Shown here piece after piece: positions 29,097-37,879 of a stretch of DNA of 64,000 nt. The translations under genes were made by a program, and so were the position numbers. The notes beneath the pieces were generated by a model. That model was not told where the DNA came from. It made no database searches and was given only the letters and a program-made list of their open reading frames with translations. The DNA comes from an uncultured Pseudomonadota bacterium (lineage in GTDB: Bacteria > Pseudomonadota > Alphaproteobacteria > Rs-D84 > CASDRH01). The stretch spans positions 44,483-108,482 of the forward strand of contig CASDRH010000038.1 of assembly GCA_949283075.1 (NCBI GenBank), read 5' to 3'. Each line of letters begins with the position of its first letter. The stretch's first letter is position 1.

Positions 29097-29138
29097 GCCG
29101 AAGAATGATTTTTTTATGCACAACCTCCATTCTTCGGC
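29097..29138 (+). other. Additional hairpin carrying the same conserved loop motif (perfect 11-bp stem GCCGAAGAATG/CATTCTTCGGC, loop containing GCACAACCTCC)
   Basis: Read from the sequence. It lies about 100 bp downstream of the copy-B terminator, before the valS 3' end. Confidence 0.5.
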
Positions 29139-29159
29139 CTTTATAGAAATTTTAAATTT

Positions 29160-31844
29160 TTAGAATTGTTTTAGAATTATTTCTAATTTTTCAATTAAAA
29201 TTATAGTTGATTGTTCTTTTAGTTTCATATCTTCTATTAAATCTTTATCTGCATTATTTATGAAACCTTCATTTGATAGTTTTGATTTTATTCCATTTAA
29301 ATATTTTGTTTTGTTTTCTAATTCTGATTTTAGCATTTCATTTACTTTTTGCCAATCAACAGAATCTATTTTTATAAAAGATATTGTCCCATCTTTTATA
29401 GGTAAATCTACACTTTGTTTGTCTGTGTTTTCACAAATATTTACTCTTCCTAAATTGCTTATCATTTTTTTAGCAATTTTGCTGTTTGATATAAATTCAT
29501 TGTTTATTTTACAATCAATTATTTGTGAAGCTAATCCTATATTTGATTTAAATGACCTTATTTGTTCTATTATTTCAAATGTATCATTTGTTAGTGTCTT
29601 ATTTGCTTTTTTATAATTTTCAAATAAAGAATCGTCTATTTCTGATGGTAAGATTGATGAAGCTATGAATTTATATTCAGTATCTCCTATTTCTTGCCAT
29701 AGATGTTCTGTTATAAATGGCATATATGGATGTAGCAATTGTAATGCTTTTTTGAAAGTATATTTTGCAATTTGTTTTGTTTGTTCTTTTTCTGATTCAT
29801 TTTCTGTATCAGTTAGAATTACTTTTAATGCTTCTATATACCAGCTACAAAAATCGCTCCATATAAATTCGTATATATACATTATTGATTCTGATAGACG
29901 ATAATCTTTTATTGCTGTATCAATTGATTTTATACATTTGTTTAATTTTTCTAAAATCCAGACGTTTATATCAGTTAAGTTATGAAAATCATTTATGATA
30001 TCGTTTTTAGATAAATCTTTTGCTTTTAATATGTCATATCTTTCTAAAAATTTTGTAGCATTATATATTTTAGTGCTGAAATCTCTCCAACCTTCAAGTT
30101 GTTTTTCATTAAACTTTACATCTGCACCTGGCTTTGTTTGAGATACTAAATAAGCTCTTAATGCATCAGCTGAATATTGCTTTATCATATCCATTGGGTC
30201 TATACCATTTCCTTTGGATTTGCTCATTTTTTGACCTTTTGAATCTCTCATTAAGCCGTGTATGAATATGTGTTTAAATGGAGGAACTTTGTTCATACAG
30301 TATGTTCCTGCCATAATCATTCTTGCTACCCAATAGAATATTATGTCGAATCCTGTGATTAAAATTGTATTTGGATAGAATTTTTTTAAATCCGGAGATT
30401 CTGTGTTTGGCCAACCTAATGTCGCAAATGGCCATAGTGCTGATGAAAACCAAGTGTCTAGGACGTTTTCATCTCTTGTCAAATCTGATTTTGATATTTC
30501 TTTACCATATTCTTTGCTTGCAGATTTTATTGCTTCTTCTTCTGATATTTCACAGAACATTTTGCCATCTGGTCCATACCATACTGGAATTTGGTGTCCC
30601 CACCATAAAGACCTTGAAATACACCAAGGTTCTATATTTTCCATAAAGTGGAAATATATATTTTCGCGATATTTTGGTATGAATTTTATGATTTCTTTTT
30701 TTACTACATCTATTGCTCCATATTTTTCAATTAGAGTTTTTGTGTCTACGAACCATTGTTCTGTCATCATTGGTTCAATGATAGTTCCTGACCTTTCTCC
30801 GTATGGGATTACTGATTTTGTTTTTTCTATTTTTTCTAATATTCCCATTTGTTCCAAATCTGATACAACAGCTTTTCTTGCATCAAATCTGTCCATTCCT
30901 TGATATTTTTCAGGTGCATTTTCGTTTAGTTTTGCATTTAAATCAAATACTGAAATCGCTTCTAGGTTATGGCGTTTTCCAACTTCATAGTCGTTGAAAT
31001 CGTGAGCAGGAGTTATTTTTACTGCTCCTGTTCCTTTTTCTGGATCTGCGTATTCATCTGCTATAATAGGAATTTCTTTATTGCTTATAGGAATAATAGC
31101 TGTCTTTCCTATTAAATGTTTAAGTTTTTCATTTTCTGGGTGTATAGCAATTGCTACGTCAACAAATATTGTTTCTGGGCGAGTCGTTGCTATAACTATG
31201 TAATCATCTTTACTATCCTTTAATGCGTATCTGATGTAGTGCATATAATGTGTTTCTTCTTTTGATTCTACTTCTAAATCTGATACTGCTGTTTGTAATC
31301 TTATGTCCCAGTTTATAAGTCTTAATCCTTTATAAATTAAACCTTCTTTATATAGATTGACGAAGAATTGTAAAACTGCTTTTGATAAGCCTTCGTCCAT
31401 AGTAAATCTTTCTCTGTCCCAATCTGGAGAAATTCCTAATGCTTTGAATTGATTTATTATCATTCCGCCAGAGTATTTTTTCCAATCCCAAACCCTTTGT
31501 AAGAATTTTTCTCTTCCTAGGTCGTATCTGGATATACCTTCTTTATCCATTTGTTTTTCTACAACCATTTGAGTCATTATTCCTGCGTGGTCAAGTCCTG
31601 CTTGCCATAAGACATTTTTACCTTTCATCCTGTTATAACGGACTAGGACATCTTGAATTGAGTTATCCATTGCGTGTCCTAAATGAGCAACTCCTGTAAC
31701 ATTTGGAGGAGGCATCATTACACAAAAATTTTCTTCTGGATTGTCTGATGCTTTTGATACATCTGTTTTGAATATTCCTGCTTTTATCCAAGCGTCATAT
31801 ATTTCTTTTTCCAATTTTTCAAAATTGAATCTGTTTTCTAGCAT
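29160..31844 (-). CDS. valS: Valine--tRNA ligase
   Basis: HIGH (PPPNVTGVAHLGHAMD) and KMSKS motifs are present. The length is 894 aa with a C-terminal coiled-coil. Confidence 0.95.
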   Translation of the reverse strand: MLENRFNFEKLEKEIYDAWIKAGIFKTDVSKASDNPEENFCVMMPPPNVTGVAHLGHAMDNSIQDVLVRYNRMKGKNVLWQAGLDHAGIMTQMVVEKQMDKEGISRYDLGREKFLQRVWDWKKYSGGMIINQFKALGISPDWDRERFTMDEGLSKAVLQFFVNLYKEGLIYKGLRLINWDIRLQTAVSDLEVESKEETHYMHYIRYALKDSKDDYIVIATTRPETIFVDVAIAIHPENEKLKHLIGKTAIIPISNKEIPIIADEYADPEKGTGAVKITPAHDFNDYEVGKRHNLEAISVFDLNAKLNENAPEKYQGMDRFDARKAVVSDLEQMGILEKIEKTKSVIPYGERSGTIIEPMMTEQWFVDTKTLIEKYGAIDVVKKEIIKFIPKYRENIYFHFMENIEPWCISRSLWWGHQIPVWYGPDGKMFCEISEEEAIKSASKEYGKEISKSDLTRDENVLDTWFSSALWPFATLGWPNTESPDLKKFYPNTILITGFDIIFYWVARMIMAGTYCMNKVPPFKHIFIHGLMRDSKGQKMSKSKGNGIDPMDMIKQYSADALRAYLVSQTKPGADVKFNEKQLEGWRDFSTKIYNATKFLERYDILKAKDLSKNDIINDFHNLTDINVWILEKLNKCIKSIDTAIKDYRLSESIMYIYEFIWSDFCSWYIEALKVILTDTENESEKEQTKQIAKYTFKKALQLLHPYMPFITEHLWQEIGDTEYKFIASSILPSEIDDSLFENYKKANKTLTNDTFEIIEQIRSFKSNIGLASQIIDCKINNEFISNSKIAKKMISNLGRVNICENTDKQSVDLPIKDGTISFIKIDSVDWQKVNEMLKSELENKTKYLNGIKSKLSNEGFINNADKDLIEDMKLKEQSTIILIEKLEIILKQF

Positions 31845-31941
31845 TATTTTATCCGTTTTTTTATGATGAAATTCTTATTATTTTTGTATTATTAAAGAAT
31901 ATATAAAAGAATTTAAAATACAAGTGAAATATTGTTTTTAA

Positions 31942-32010
31942 AAGGCCAGCTGGAAAGGAAATAAGGAGGTTGTGCTATGAACTTACAAACTTTCCAGCTG
32001 ATATTGTGTT
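31942..32010 (-). terminator. Intrinsic terminator of family member 4; reverse-complement copy, nearly identical to copy A
   Basis: The reverse complement of 31940-32040 matches 27030-27125 almost base for base. Confidence 0.55.
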
Positions 32011-32052
32011 TATTAAGTCTTTAAAAATATCTTCCTTAAAAATAAAGTTTTT

Positions 32053-32580
32053 TTAGTATTCAATTAAGTTTGGGTCTACACGAGAGATACCAATTTCTGG
32101 CATAGCTTTTAATATGTCCATTACATCAAGTTCAATGTATTCAACTTCTCTGTTATTAAAATGATTTGGGTCGCTACTTGTGCTATACATTACACTTCCA
32201 TCAGAAAATTTATGTTCGTATACATCTTTATTTGTGCAATCACTCCATTCTCTTCCATCTATTGTTGATCCTAATTTTGTATACTTTCCACAGAATACTA
32301 TGTTTTGCCAACCTCTATTAGATGATGGGGGATTAATAGAATCATTGAAATTTAGTAGATTTCTACAATTTGAAGTATCAGTAGTACAAAATTTTGTAAC
32401 AGATACTGCTTTACCTTTGCTATATCTTAATTTAATTTTTTGTGATTGTTCTTGAGCTTTAATGTATTGATTACTTGATAAGCATAGAATTGCAATAAAC
32501 ATAAAAGTGATTTTTGCAATTTTGCTTTGTAATTTATTTTCTTTAAAAATACTTGTTTTTTTATTTACTATTTTTTCCAT
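32053..32580 (-). CDS. Cysteine-rich secreted protein, LIEY-tail family member 4
   Basis: A signal peptide is present. The C-terminal tail is VEYIELDVMDILKAMPEIGISRVDPNLIEY. Cys are distributed through the core. Confidence 0.65.
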   Translation of the reverse strand: MEKIVNKKTSIFKENKLQSKIAKITFMFIAILCLSSNQYIKAQEQSQKIKLRYSKGKAVSVTKFCTTDTSNCRNLLNFNDSINPPSSNRGWQNIVFCGKYTKLGSTIDGREWSDCTNKDVYEHKFSDGSVMYSTSSDPNHFNNREVEYIELDVMDILKAMPEIGISRVDPNLIEY

Positions 32581-32834
32581 AGCTTTTTCCTTCCTTGTTT
32601 TTTAGTTTAACAAAAACTGACTACTTTCTTTCAGCAATCAGCTGGAAGTTGAGAACTATGTAAGCTTTATAGTGTGGCATATTCACCACCAAAGGCGCCG
32701 GTTTTCCAGCGTTAATGACTTATTTTACCACCTTCCAGCAATTTATAGCTGGTCGGCTTGCTTACTAAGGCTCTCACACCTCGGGTCGTATTTCGACTTA
32801 GTTTTTATTATAGTTTTTTTTATATCTTTTGCAA
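32581..32834 (-). promoter_or_regulatory. Promoter (TTGCAA 32829-32834 and TATAAT 32807-32812 on the minus strand, 16-nt spacer) plus conserved structured 5' leader (copy D)
   Basis: The reverse complement contains CCGACCAGCtataaattGCTGGAAGGTGGTAAAATAAGTCATTAAC...GGTGGTGAATATGCCACACTAT...AACTTCCAGCTG. Confidence 0.6.
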
Positions 32835-32971
32835 TAATGTTTTTGTTTGCTTTTTATTAGTTTCCTTTTGATATTTATTAAATTGTATTTTTTCTATTTT
32901 TATTATATTGACTTTTGGATATTGTCTATTATAAAATTTTGTCAATTATTTTATTGTAATAATATTTTTAA

Positions 32972-33228
32972 GGAGTTTGTGATGACTGATAGAATTTTAA
33001 AGAAATTATTTAGGGGTAAAAAGATAGATATTTTGGATATATCATATCTTTTTAAGTCTTTTTAAGAGTGGTATTTATATTGATACTAAATATGGTAAAG
33101 CTGTAATTGTTTATCCCGGTATGAAATACTACAATGGGATTGATACAATTATAATACCAGAAAAAGGTGTGATAGTTGAAAGTAGCAACGGAGATATTTA
33201 TAAATATATTTCTGAAAGTAATTTATAA
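32972..33228 (+). pseudogene. Possible frameshifted small gene: two adjacent short reading frames joined across a T-run near 33058-33063
   Basis: Frame 0 reads MTDRILKKLFRGKKIDILDISYLFKSF and stops at 33065. The +1 frame continues as SGIYIDTKYGKAVIVYPGMKYYNGIDTIIIPEKGVIVESSNGDIYKYISESNL and stops at 33228. A T5 run lies at the junction. Confidence 0.2.
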
Positions 33229-33245
33229 AATTTTTGCTTTTAATT

Positions 33246-33288
33246 AAAATAACGCAACTTTTATTTTTGAGTTGCGTTATTTTTTTAT
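33246..33288. terminator. Bidirectional intrinsic terminator
   Basis: The perfect 10-bp stem TAACGCAACT/AGTTGCGTTA is flanked by an A-run upstream and a T-run downstream. It lies between convergent genes. Confidence 0.6.
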
Positions 33289-33310
33289 CTAATTATCAAA
33301 AATTAAATAA

Positions 33311-33760
33311 TTATTCGTTTTCTTCTTTTGCTTTTATTGATGGAGCCTCTTTTTGTTTTATGTTTTTTATTGTTCCATTTATTACCCCACCTTTTTCTAT
33401 AACTAAATTATGGTAAAATAATTTTCCTTTAATATTTCCTGTTGCATAAACATATAATGTCCCTGTTACTGTTAAAGAACCATCAAATTCTCCGCTTATA
33501 TGTGCTTCTTCAACAATTGCTTCTCCGGTGAATAATCCTCCGTTTATTATATCTAATGCTCTTGCATCTTTTATGTTTGCGTTTAATTGGCCTTCTATTA
33601 CTAAGCTGTCGCATACATCAATATCACCAGATATTTTTATGTTTTTTCCTATTACTAATTGCTTTCCATCGTTTTTATTAATTACTGTATGTGTTTGGCT
33701 GTAATTAAATACTGGTGTTTGCATAATTCCAGGTTTTTTATAATCGTTTAGTTTTGACAT
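33311..33760 (-). CDS. Bactofilin-family cytoskeletal protein
   Basis: The protein is 149 aa with beta-helical repeats, such as ISGDIDVCDSLVIEGQLNANI and ISGEFDGSLTVTGTLYVYATGNIKGK, typical of the bactofilin DUF583 domain. Confidence 0.6.
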   Translation of the reverse strand: MSKLNDYKKPGIMQTPVFNYSQTHTVINKNDGKQLVIGKNIKISGDIDVCDSLVIEGQLNANIKDARALDIINGGLFTGEAIVEEAHISGEFDGSLTVTGTLYVYATGNIKGKLFYHNLVIEKGGVINGTIKNIKQKEAPSIKAKEENE

Positions 33761-34090
33761 AATTCCGTTCCTCTTCAGTTCATTAGTTTTATCTTTTATA
33801 TGGTATGGAATTTATTAAAAAAAGCAAGTATGAATTTAATATAACCCTTTATTTATTATATCTTGTAATTTATTCAGAAATCTGGATATATGAAATCCAT
33901 CGCATACTGTGTGATGCACTTATATTGATATAGGTATAAATATTTTCCTATTTTCTTCTGTGTATTTTCCTATTGTAGATATTTGAAGTAAGTAATCATA
34001 TCCTTTTTTATGTTAAGATTAAATACTTAAAAAGTTATCCAAGGTATTATTGATACATTAAATATGTTTTTGGTGTTTGTGGATTTGATA

Positions 34091-34441
34091 TTATATCTTT
34101 ACTGTTTTTATTCTATATATTTTTGAATGTTTCTGTTTCGGAATTAAAATATGTATATAAAGGTCTAATTTATCGTATATTCTAACGATTCCTTTTGTAT
34201 TTGTAGCGATTCTAAATTCTTTGTGTGAATTTACTAATTTTCTTATTAAAAATATTATTGTTTGTGATATTTTTAAATTTAACTCTTTTATTTTTGTTAT
34301 ATCGATTTTAGTGTATATGCTATACATGCAAGGGATATTTTGTGTAAAATGTTTGTAGTAAATATTTCTTTCCCAATTATTTAAATTTATTGCTTTAAAT
34401 ATTAGGATTTCCTTTGTTTTTTTATAAAAATATTTTTGCAT
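34091..34441 (-). CDS. Hypothetical protein, possibly a gene remnant
   Basis: ORF only. It is flanked by long AT-rich non-coding stretches. Confidence 0.25.
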   Translation of the reverse strand: MQKYFYKKTKEILIFKAINLNNWERNIYYKHFTQNIPCMYSIYTKIDITKIKELNLKISQTIIFLIRKLVNSHKEFRIATNTKGIVRIYDKLDLYIHILIPKQKHSKIYRIKTVKI

Positions 34442-34670
34442 TTTTTATTGTTATTTATGTTTTTTGTAAAGTATTATTTGATATTTATTTTTGCTTATAT
34501 TTTTTATTTATTTTTTGATTTGTTTTGTCAATTCTTTTTGTCAAAAAATGCTTGCGGTGATTTTTAATTTTTTGTATAATTCGTCTTATCTGGTTTTTAC
34601 TCAGAATTGTTAAAAGGAATTTTCCATAACATTTTTTGCGTTGGAAAGGGAATATAAAAAGGAAGGAAAA

Positions 34671-35417
34671 ATGAAAAAAGAAAATAATAAAAACTTATCT
34701 AAAAATAATAATGTAACAAATAAGGCTCAGGTTGCTTATTTCTTGTGGTTAGAAAAAGGTTGTCCAGAGAGTATGGAAGAAGCTGTTTATATGTCAGTTG
34801 CTGATCGTCAATGTCCAGCTGGCGTTGATAAAGCAATATGGGATAACGCAAAAGCTAGATTAGCAAAACGTGTTTATGAAATAGCTAATATTAAAAAAGC
34901 TGTTGCTAATGAAGATAAAGTTGAAACTTTGAAATCTGATGTTTCAGTTGATAAAAAAGCAGAAGTTAAGAAACCAGAAGCAAAGAAAGTTGTAAAAGCT
35001 GTTAAAAAAGCAAAAGCAGTTGCTAAAAAGGTTGAAAAGAAAGTTGAAGCTAAAAAAGCTGAAATTAAAGCTGTTGTAAAAGCAGAAGTTAAGAAACCAG
35101 AAGCAAAGAAAGTTGTAAAAGCTGTTAAAAAAGCAAAAGCAGTTGCTAAAAAGGTTGAAAAGAAAGTTGAAGCTAAAAAAGCTGAAGTAAAGAAGATTGC
35201 TGAAAAAGCTAAAGCTCCAGTTATTTCTATTGTTAAAAAAGAAGAAGTAAAAAAAGCTGTTAAATCTGTTAAAGCTAAATCCTCTTCATCTAAACCAGCG
35301 AAGAAAATCGTTAATAAGGTGAAGAAAAATGATCCGCTTACAGAAGCTTTGAATAAAGCAGAAAGCAAAATTGTTTCTATTACAAATCATAATTTGAAGA
35401 AAGTTGTAAATAAATAA
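34671..35417 (+). CDS. Histone H1-like Lys/Ala-rich repeat protein
   Basis: An AAGGAAGG SD precedes the ATG at 34671. The C-terminal two thirds is AKKVEKKVEAKKAE-type repeats. Confidence 0.55.
   Translation: MKKENNKNLSKNNNVTNKAQVAYFLWLEKGCPESMEEAVYMSVADRQCPAGVDKAIWDNAKARLAKRVYEIANIKKAVANEDKVETLKSDVSVDKKAEVKKPEAKKVVKAVKKAKAVAKKVEKKVEAKKAEIKAVVKAEVKKPEAKKVVKAVKKAKAVAKKVEKKVEAKKAEVKKIAEKAKAPVISIVKKEEVKKAVKSVKAKSSSSKPAKKIVNKVKKNDPLTEALNKAESKIVSITNHNLKKVVNK
34959..35204 (+). repeat. Perfect tandem duplication with a 123-nt (41-aa) period, of which about 105 nt are identical, inside the histone-like gene
   Basis: gcagaagttaagaaaccagaagcaaagaaagttgtaaaagctgttaaaaaagcaaaagcagttgctaaaaaggttgaaaagaaagttgaagctaaaaaagctgaa occurs twice, at 34959 and 35082. 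Confidence 0.85.
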
Positions 35418-35440
35418 TTTGTTTTAGAATTTGAATTTTA

Positions 35441-35470
35441 GCTGGATCGAAAGGTCCAGTTTTTTATTTT
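35441..35470 (+). terminator. Intrinsic terminator after the histone-like gene
   Basis: The stem CTGGA-tcgaaagg-TCCAG is followed by a T-run. Confidence 0.5.
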
Positions 35471-35539
35471 TATTTATTGATTATTTTTTATGTTAGCTAT
35501 ATAAAATAAAAGTAATTTAACCGATGAAAGAGGTGTCTT

Positions 35540-36832
35540 ATGTTAGATATAAAATTTATACGTGAAAATGTTGATATTGTTAAAAATGCTATAAAGGTTA
35601 AAGGGGTATCTTGTGATTTGGATGCTTTATTAAAACTTGATGAAAAAATTATTGCTAATAAAACTGAAGTTCAAGGTTATCAAGAAAAAGTTAATGCTTT
35701 GTCAAAGCAAATTCCTGTTGCTTCTGATGATGATAAAAAGAAAATGGTGGAAGAATCTAAAAATTATGGGGATAAAATTAAAGCTTTAGAAAAAGAAATA
35801 GAACCTGATTTAAAAAAATACAATGCTTTGTTGATGAGTGTTCCTCAAATTCCTGATCCTTCTGTTCCTGTTGGGGCTGATGATTCTGAAAATGTTGTTA
35901 TTAAAACTAATGGTGAAATAACAAAATTCGATTTCCAACCTAGAGATCAGATGGAATTAACAGAACTTAATGATTGGGTTGATTTTGACCACATAGCAAA
36001 AGTATCTGGGGCAAGAATTTATGCTTTGAAAGGAGAACTTGCTCGTTTGGAAGTTGCTTTACATATGTATGTTTTAGATAAACTTGCTAAAAAAGGTTTC
36101 CGTCAGATTAGTTGTCCTTCACTTTGCAAAATTGATGCTTTATTTCAAGCTGGGCATTTCGTAGGTGATGATCCGTCTGTTATGGATAATGATGTTTATA
36201 AAATTGAGAAGGATGAGCTTTGTTTAGCTGGAACTTCTGAAATTATTATAAATGCTTTGCATCAAGGTGAAATCTTAAATGAAGATGATTTACCTGTTTT
36301 ATATGCTGGTTATTCTCCTTGTTTCAGAAGGGAAGCTGGGGCTGCTGGTAAAGATACTCGTGGTTTAGTTCGTGTTCATCAATTTATGAAGGTTGAAGAA
36401 TTTGTTATTTGTAAAAATGATATTGAAGAATCTAAAAAATGGCATCAGGTTTTACAAAATTCTATGGAAGAATTATGTGCAGATATGAATATACCTTGCC
36501 ACGTTTTAGAAGCTTGTACAGGTGATATGGGATTTAATAAAATATATATGACTGATGTTGAAGCTTGGGTTCCTTCACAAAATAAATATCGTGAGGTTTC
36601 TTCAACTTCTACTATTGGAGATTTCCAAGCTCGTAGAACAAAGTTAAGATATCGTGAAAATGCTACTGGTAAAGTGCAATATTGCCATACTTTAAATAGT
36701 ACTGGTGTTGCTACTCCTAGGTTTTTAGTTGCTTTTATTGAAAATAATCAGAATGCTGATGGTTCTGTTAATATTCCTGAAAAGCTACGTCCTTATATGG
36801 GAGGAGTTGAAAAAATCGGTGGTAAAAAATAA
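35540..36832 (+). CDS. serS: Serine--tRNA ligase
   Basis: An N-terminal coiled-coil arm and class II core motifs are present. The length is 430 aa. Confidence 0.9.
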   Translation: MLDIKFIRENVDIVKNAIKVKGVSCDLDALLKLDEKIIANKTEVQGYQEKVNALSKQIPVASDDDKKKMVEESKNYGDKIKALEKEIEPDLKKYNALLMSVPQIPDPSVPVGADDSENVVIKTNGEITKFDFQPRDQMELTELNDWVDFDHIAKVSGARIYALKGELARLEVALHMYVLDKLAKKGFRQISCPSLCKIDALFQAGHFVGDDPSVMDNDVYKIEKDELCLAGTSEIIINALHQGEILNEDDLPVLYAGYSPCFRREAGAAGKDTRGLVRVHQFMKVEEFVICKNDIEESKKWHQVLQNSMEELCADMNIPCHVLEACTGDMGFNKIYMTDVEAWVPSQNKYREVSSTSTIGDFQARRTKLRYRENATGKVQYCHTLNSTGVATPRFLVAFIENNQNADGSVNIPEKLRPYMGGVEKIGGKK

Positions 36833-36858
36833 TTATTTTTTCAAATCTTTTATCTTTA

Positions 36859-36890
36859 AAAGCTGGTGTTTATTATCAGCTTTTTTTTAT
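36859..36890 (+). terminator. Intrinsic terminator after serS
   Basis: The stem AAGCTG-gtgtttattat-CAGCTT is followed by T8. Confidence 0.55.
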
Positions 36891-36905
36891 TACTTTTATT
36901 TATCA

Positions 36906-37171
36906 TTGCAAAATTATCATAAAAAACTATAATTGTTTTTTGATTGGGGGATAAACCAATCAGAGGTGTCAGAGCCTTTACATCAAGTAACCGACCGGCG
37001 ATTTGCTGGAAGGTGGTAAAATAAGTCATTTGTCGTGCTGTCTTTCAGTGCGCGTCTTTTGTGGCGAATATGCCACACTATCTCTTGATGTATAGTTCTG
37101 AACTTCCAGCTGTTAGCTGAAAGGTTGATGGCGTTTTTTGTTAATTAAATAAAAAATAGGGAGTGTGAGCT
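36906..37171 (+). promoter_or_regulatory. Promoter (TTGCAA 36906-36911, 16 nt, TATAAT 36928-36933) plus conserved structured 5' leader (copy C)
   Basis: CCGACCgGCGatttGCTGGAAGGTGGTAAAATAAGTCATT...GtGGcGAATATGCCACACTATCTCTT...AACTTCCAGCTG is present. Confidence 0.6.
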
Positions 37172-37714
37172 ATGGAAAATAAAAAGAATAGAAAAGTAAA
37201 AATATTTTTATTTGGAGTGTTTATTTTAGGAGTTTGTAATTTTGTTGGATTAGAGCAAGGTATTGCTCAAGATAAAAAAGAAACGCATATTACTATAAAA
37301 AAAGGTTTAAATGATGATTTTATTATTTTAAGTGGTAATGGTCCGGATGTGAGAATTGCTGAATGTGCTGAAAAGGTATGTGTTCAGATGAGTTATTGGT
37401 GTGATCCGGGTAGTGTTGGATATATTCATGATGTGAATAGTGATGTTTGTGGAAATGGTGGAAGAGGGAAACATCATAAAACAGCATATTTAGATTATAA
37501 TAGTAATTGTCAAGCTAGAGTAAGAACTAAAACTAGTTATAAAACTTGGGAAGGTTGTTATGATTTATATTCAATAGTTGGCTCGCCATCTTATAAGAGA
37601 TCTGGATGTTCTAAATATAGATGTATAGCATGGAAAGCTCCAGCAGATAAGGTTTTATCTTTGATGCCTCTTATTGGACAATCAATGATTGATGTTAATT
37701 TAATTGAATATTAG
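37172..37714 (+). CDS. Cysteine-rich secreted protein, LIEY-tail family member 5 (close paralog of member 1)
   Basis: The N-terminal 50 aa and C-terminal 30 aa are nearly identical to member 1, and the core is divergent. Confidence 0.7.
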   Translation: MENKKNRKVKIFLFGVFILGVCNFVGLEQGIAQDKKETHITIKKGLNDDFIILSGNGPDVRIAECAEKVCVQMSYWCDPGSVGYIHDVNSDVCGNGGRGKHHKTAYLDYNSNCQARVRTKTSYKTWEGCYDLYSIVGSPSYKRSGCSKYRCIAWKAPADKVLSLMPLIGQSMIDVNLIEY

Positions 37715-37773
37715 TAAATTTTTTGGTCGGTTTCCTGCTTAAATTTATGTGTCTATTTTTATGGTTTTGAATG

Positions 37774-37826
37774 ACGACTTGTGAGTAATTTTTGCACAAC
37801 CTCTTATTCACAGGTCGATTTTTTTA
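37774..37826 (+). terminator. Intrinsic terminator with a 14-bp stem (two G.U/U.G wobbles) and a conserved loop (family copy C)
   Basis: The stem is CGACTTGTGAGTAA/TTATTCACAGGTCG. The loop is tttttGCACAACCTC. T7 follows. Confidence 0.55.
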
Positions 37827-37828
37827 TT

Positions 37829-37859
37829 AAAAAAAGCCTGATTAAAACAGGCTTTTTAA
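37829..37859. terminator. Bidirectional terminator between family member 5 and rplY
   Basis: The stem AAGCCTG-attaaaa-CAGGCTT is flanked by A/T runs. Confidence 0.55.
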
Positions 37860-37879
37860 AGTTTTGATGTTTAGAAGTT

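Noticed and set aside
31978-32025. Antisense mini-ORFs with a perfect SD plus ATG inside the family terminator loops (MNLQTFQLILCLLSL and similar, 15-18 aa), considered as possible type I toxin-like peptides
   Set aside because: The ATG is intact in only three of the five hairpin copies (GCATAA and GCAAAA in the others). The peptides share only the first three residues. The covarying G.U-containing stems support function on the other, gene-sense strand.
33800-34090. About 300 bp of AT-rich non-coding sequence plus the 116-aa ORF 34091-34441, considered as a possible mobile-element remnant
   Set aside because: No inverted repeats, transposase motifs or duplicated target sites could be identified by eye. 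It is left as a hypothetical ORF or possible decayed gene.
34641-34670. Upstream ATG (MEREYKKEGK...) as the start of the histone-like gene
   Set aside because: The internal ATG at 34671 has a strong AAGGAAGG SD at the ideal distance. The upstream start lacks one.
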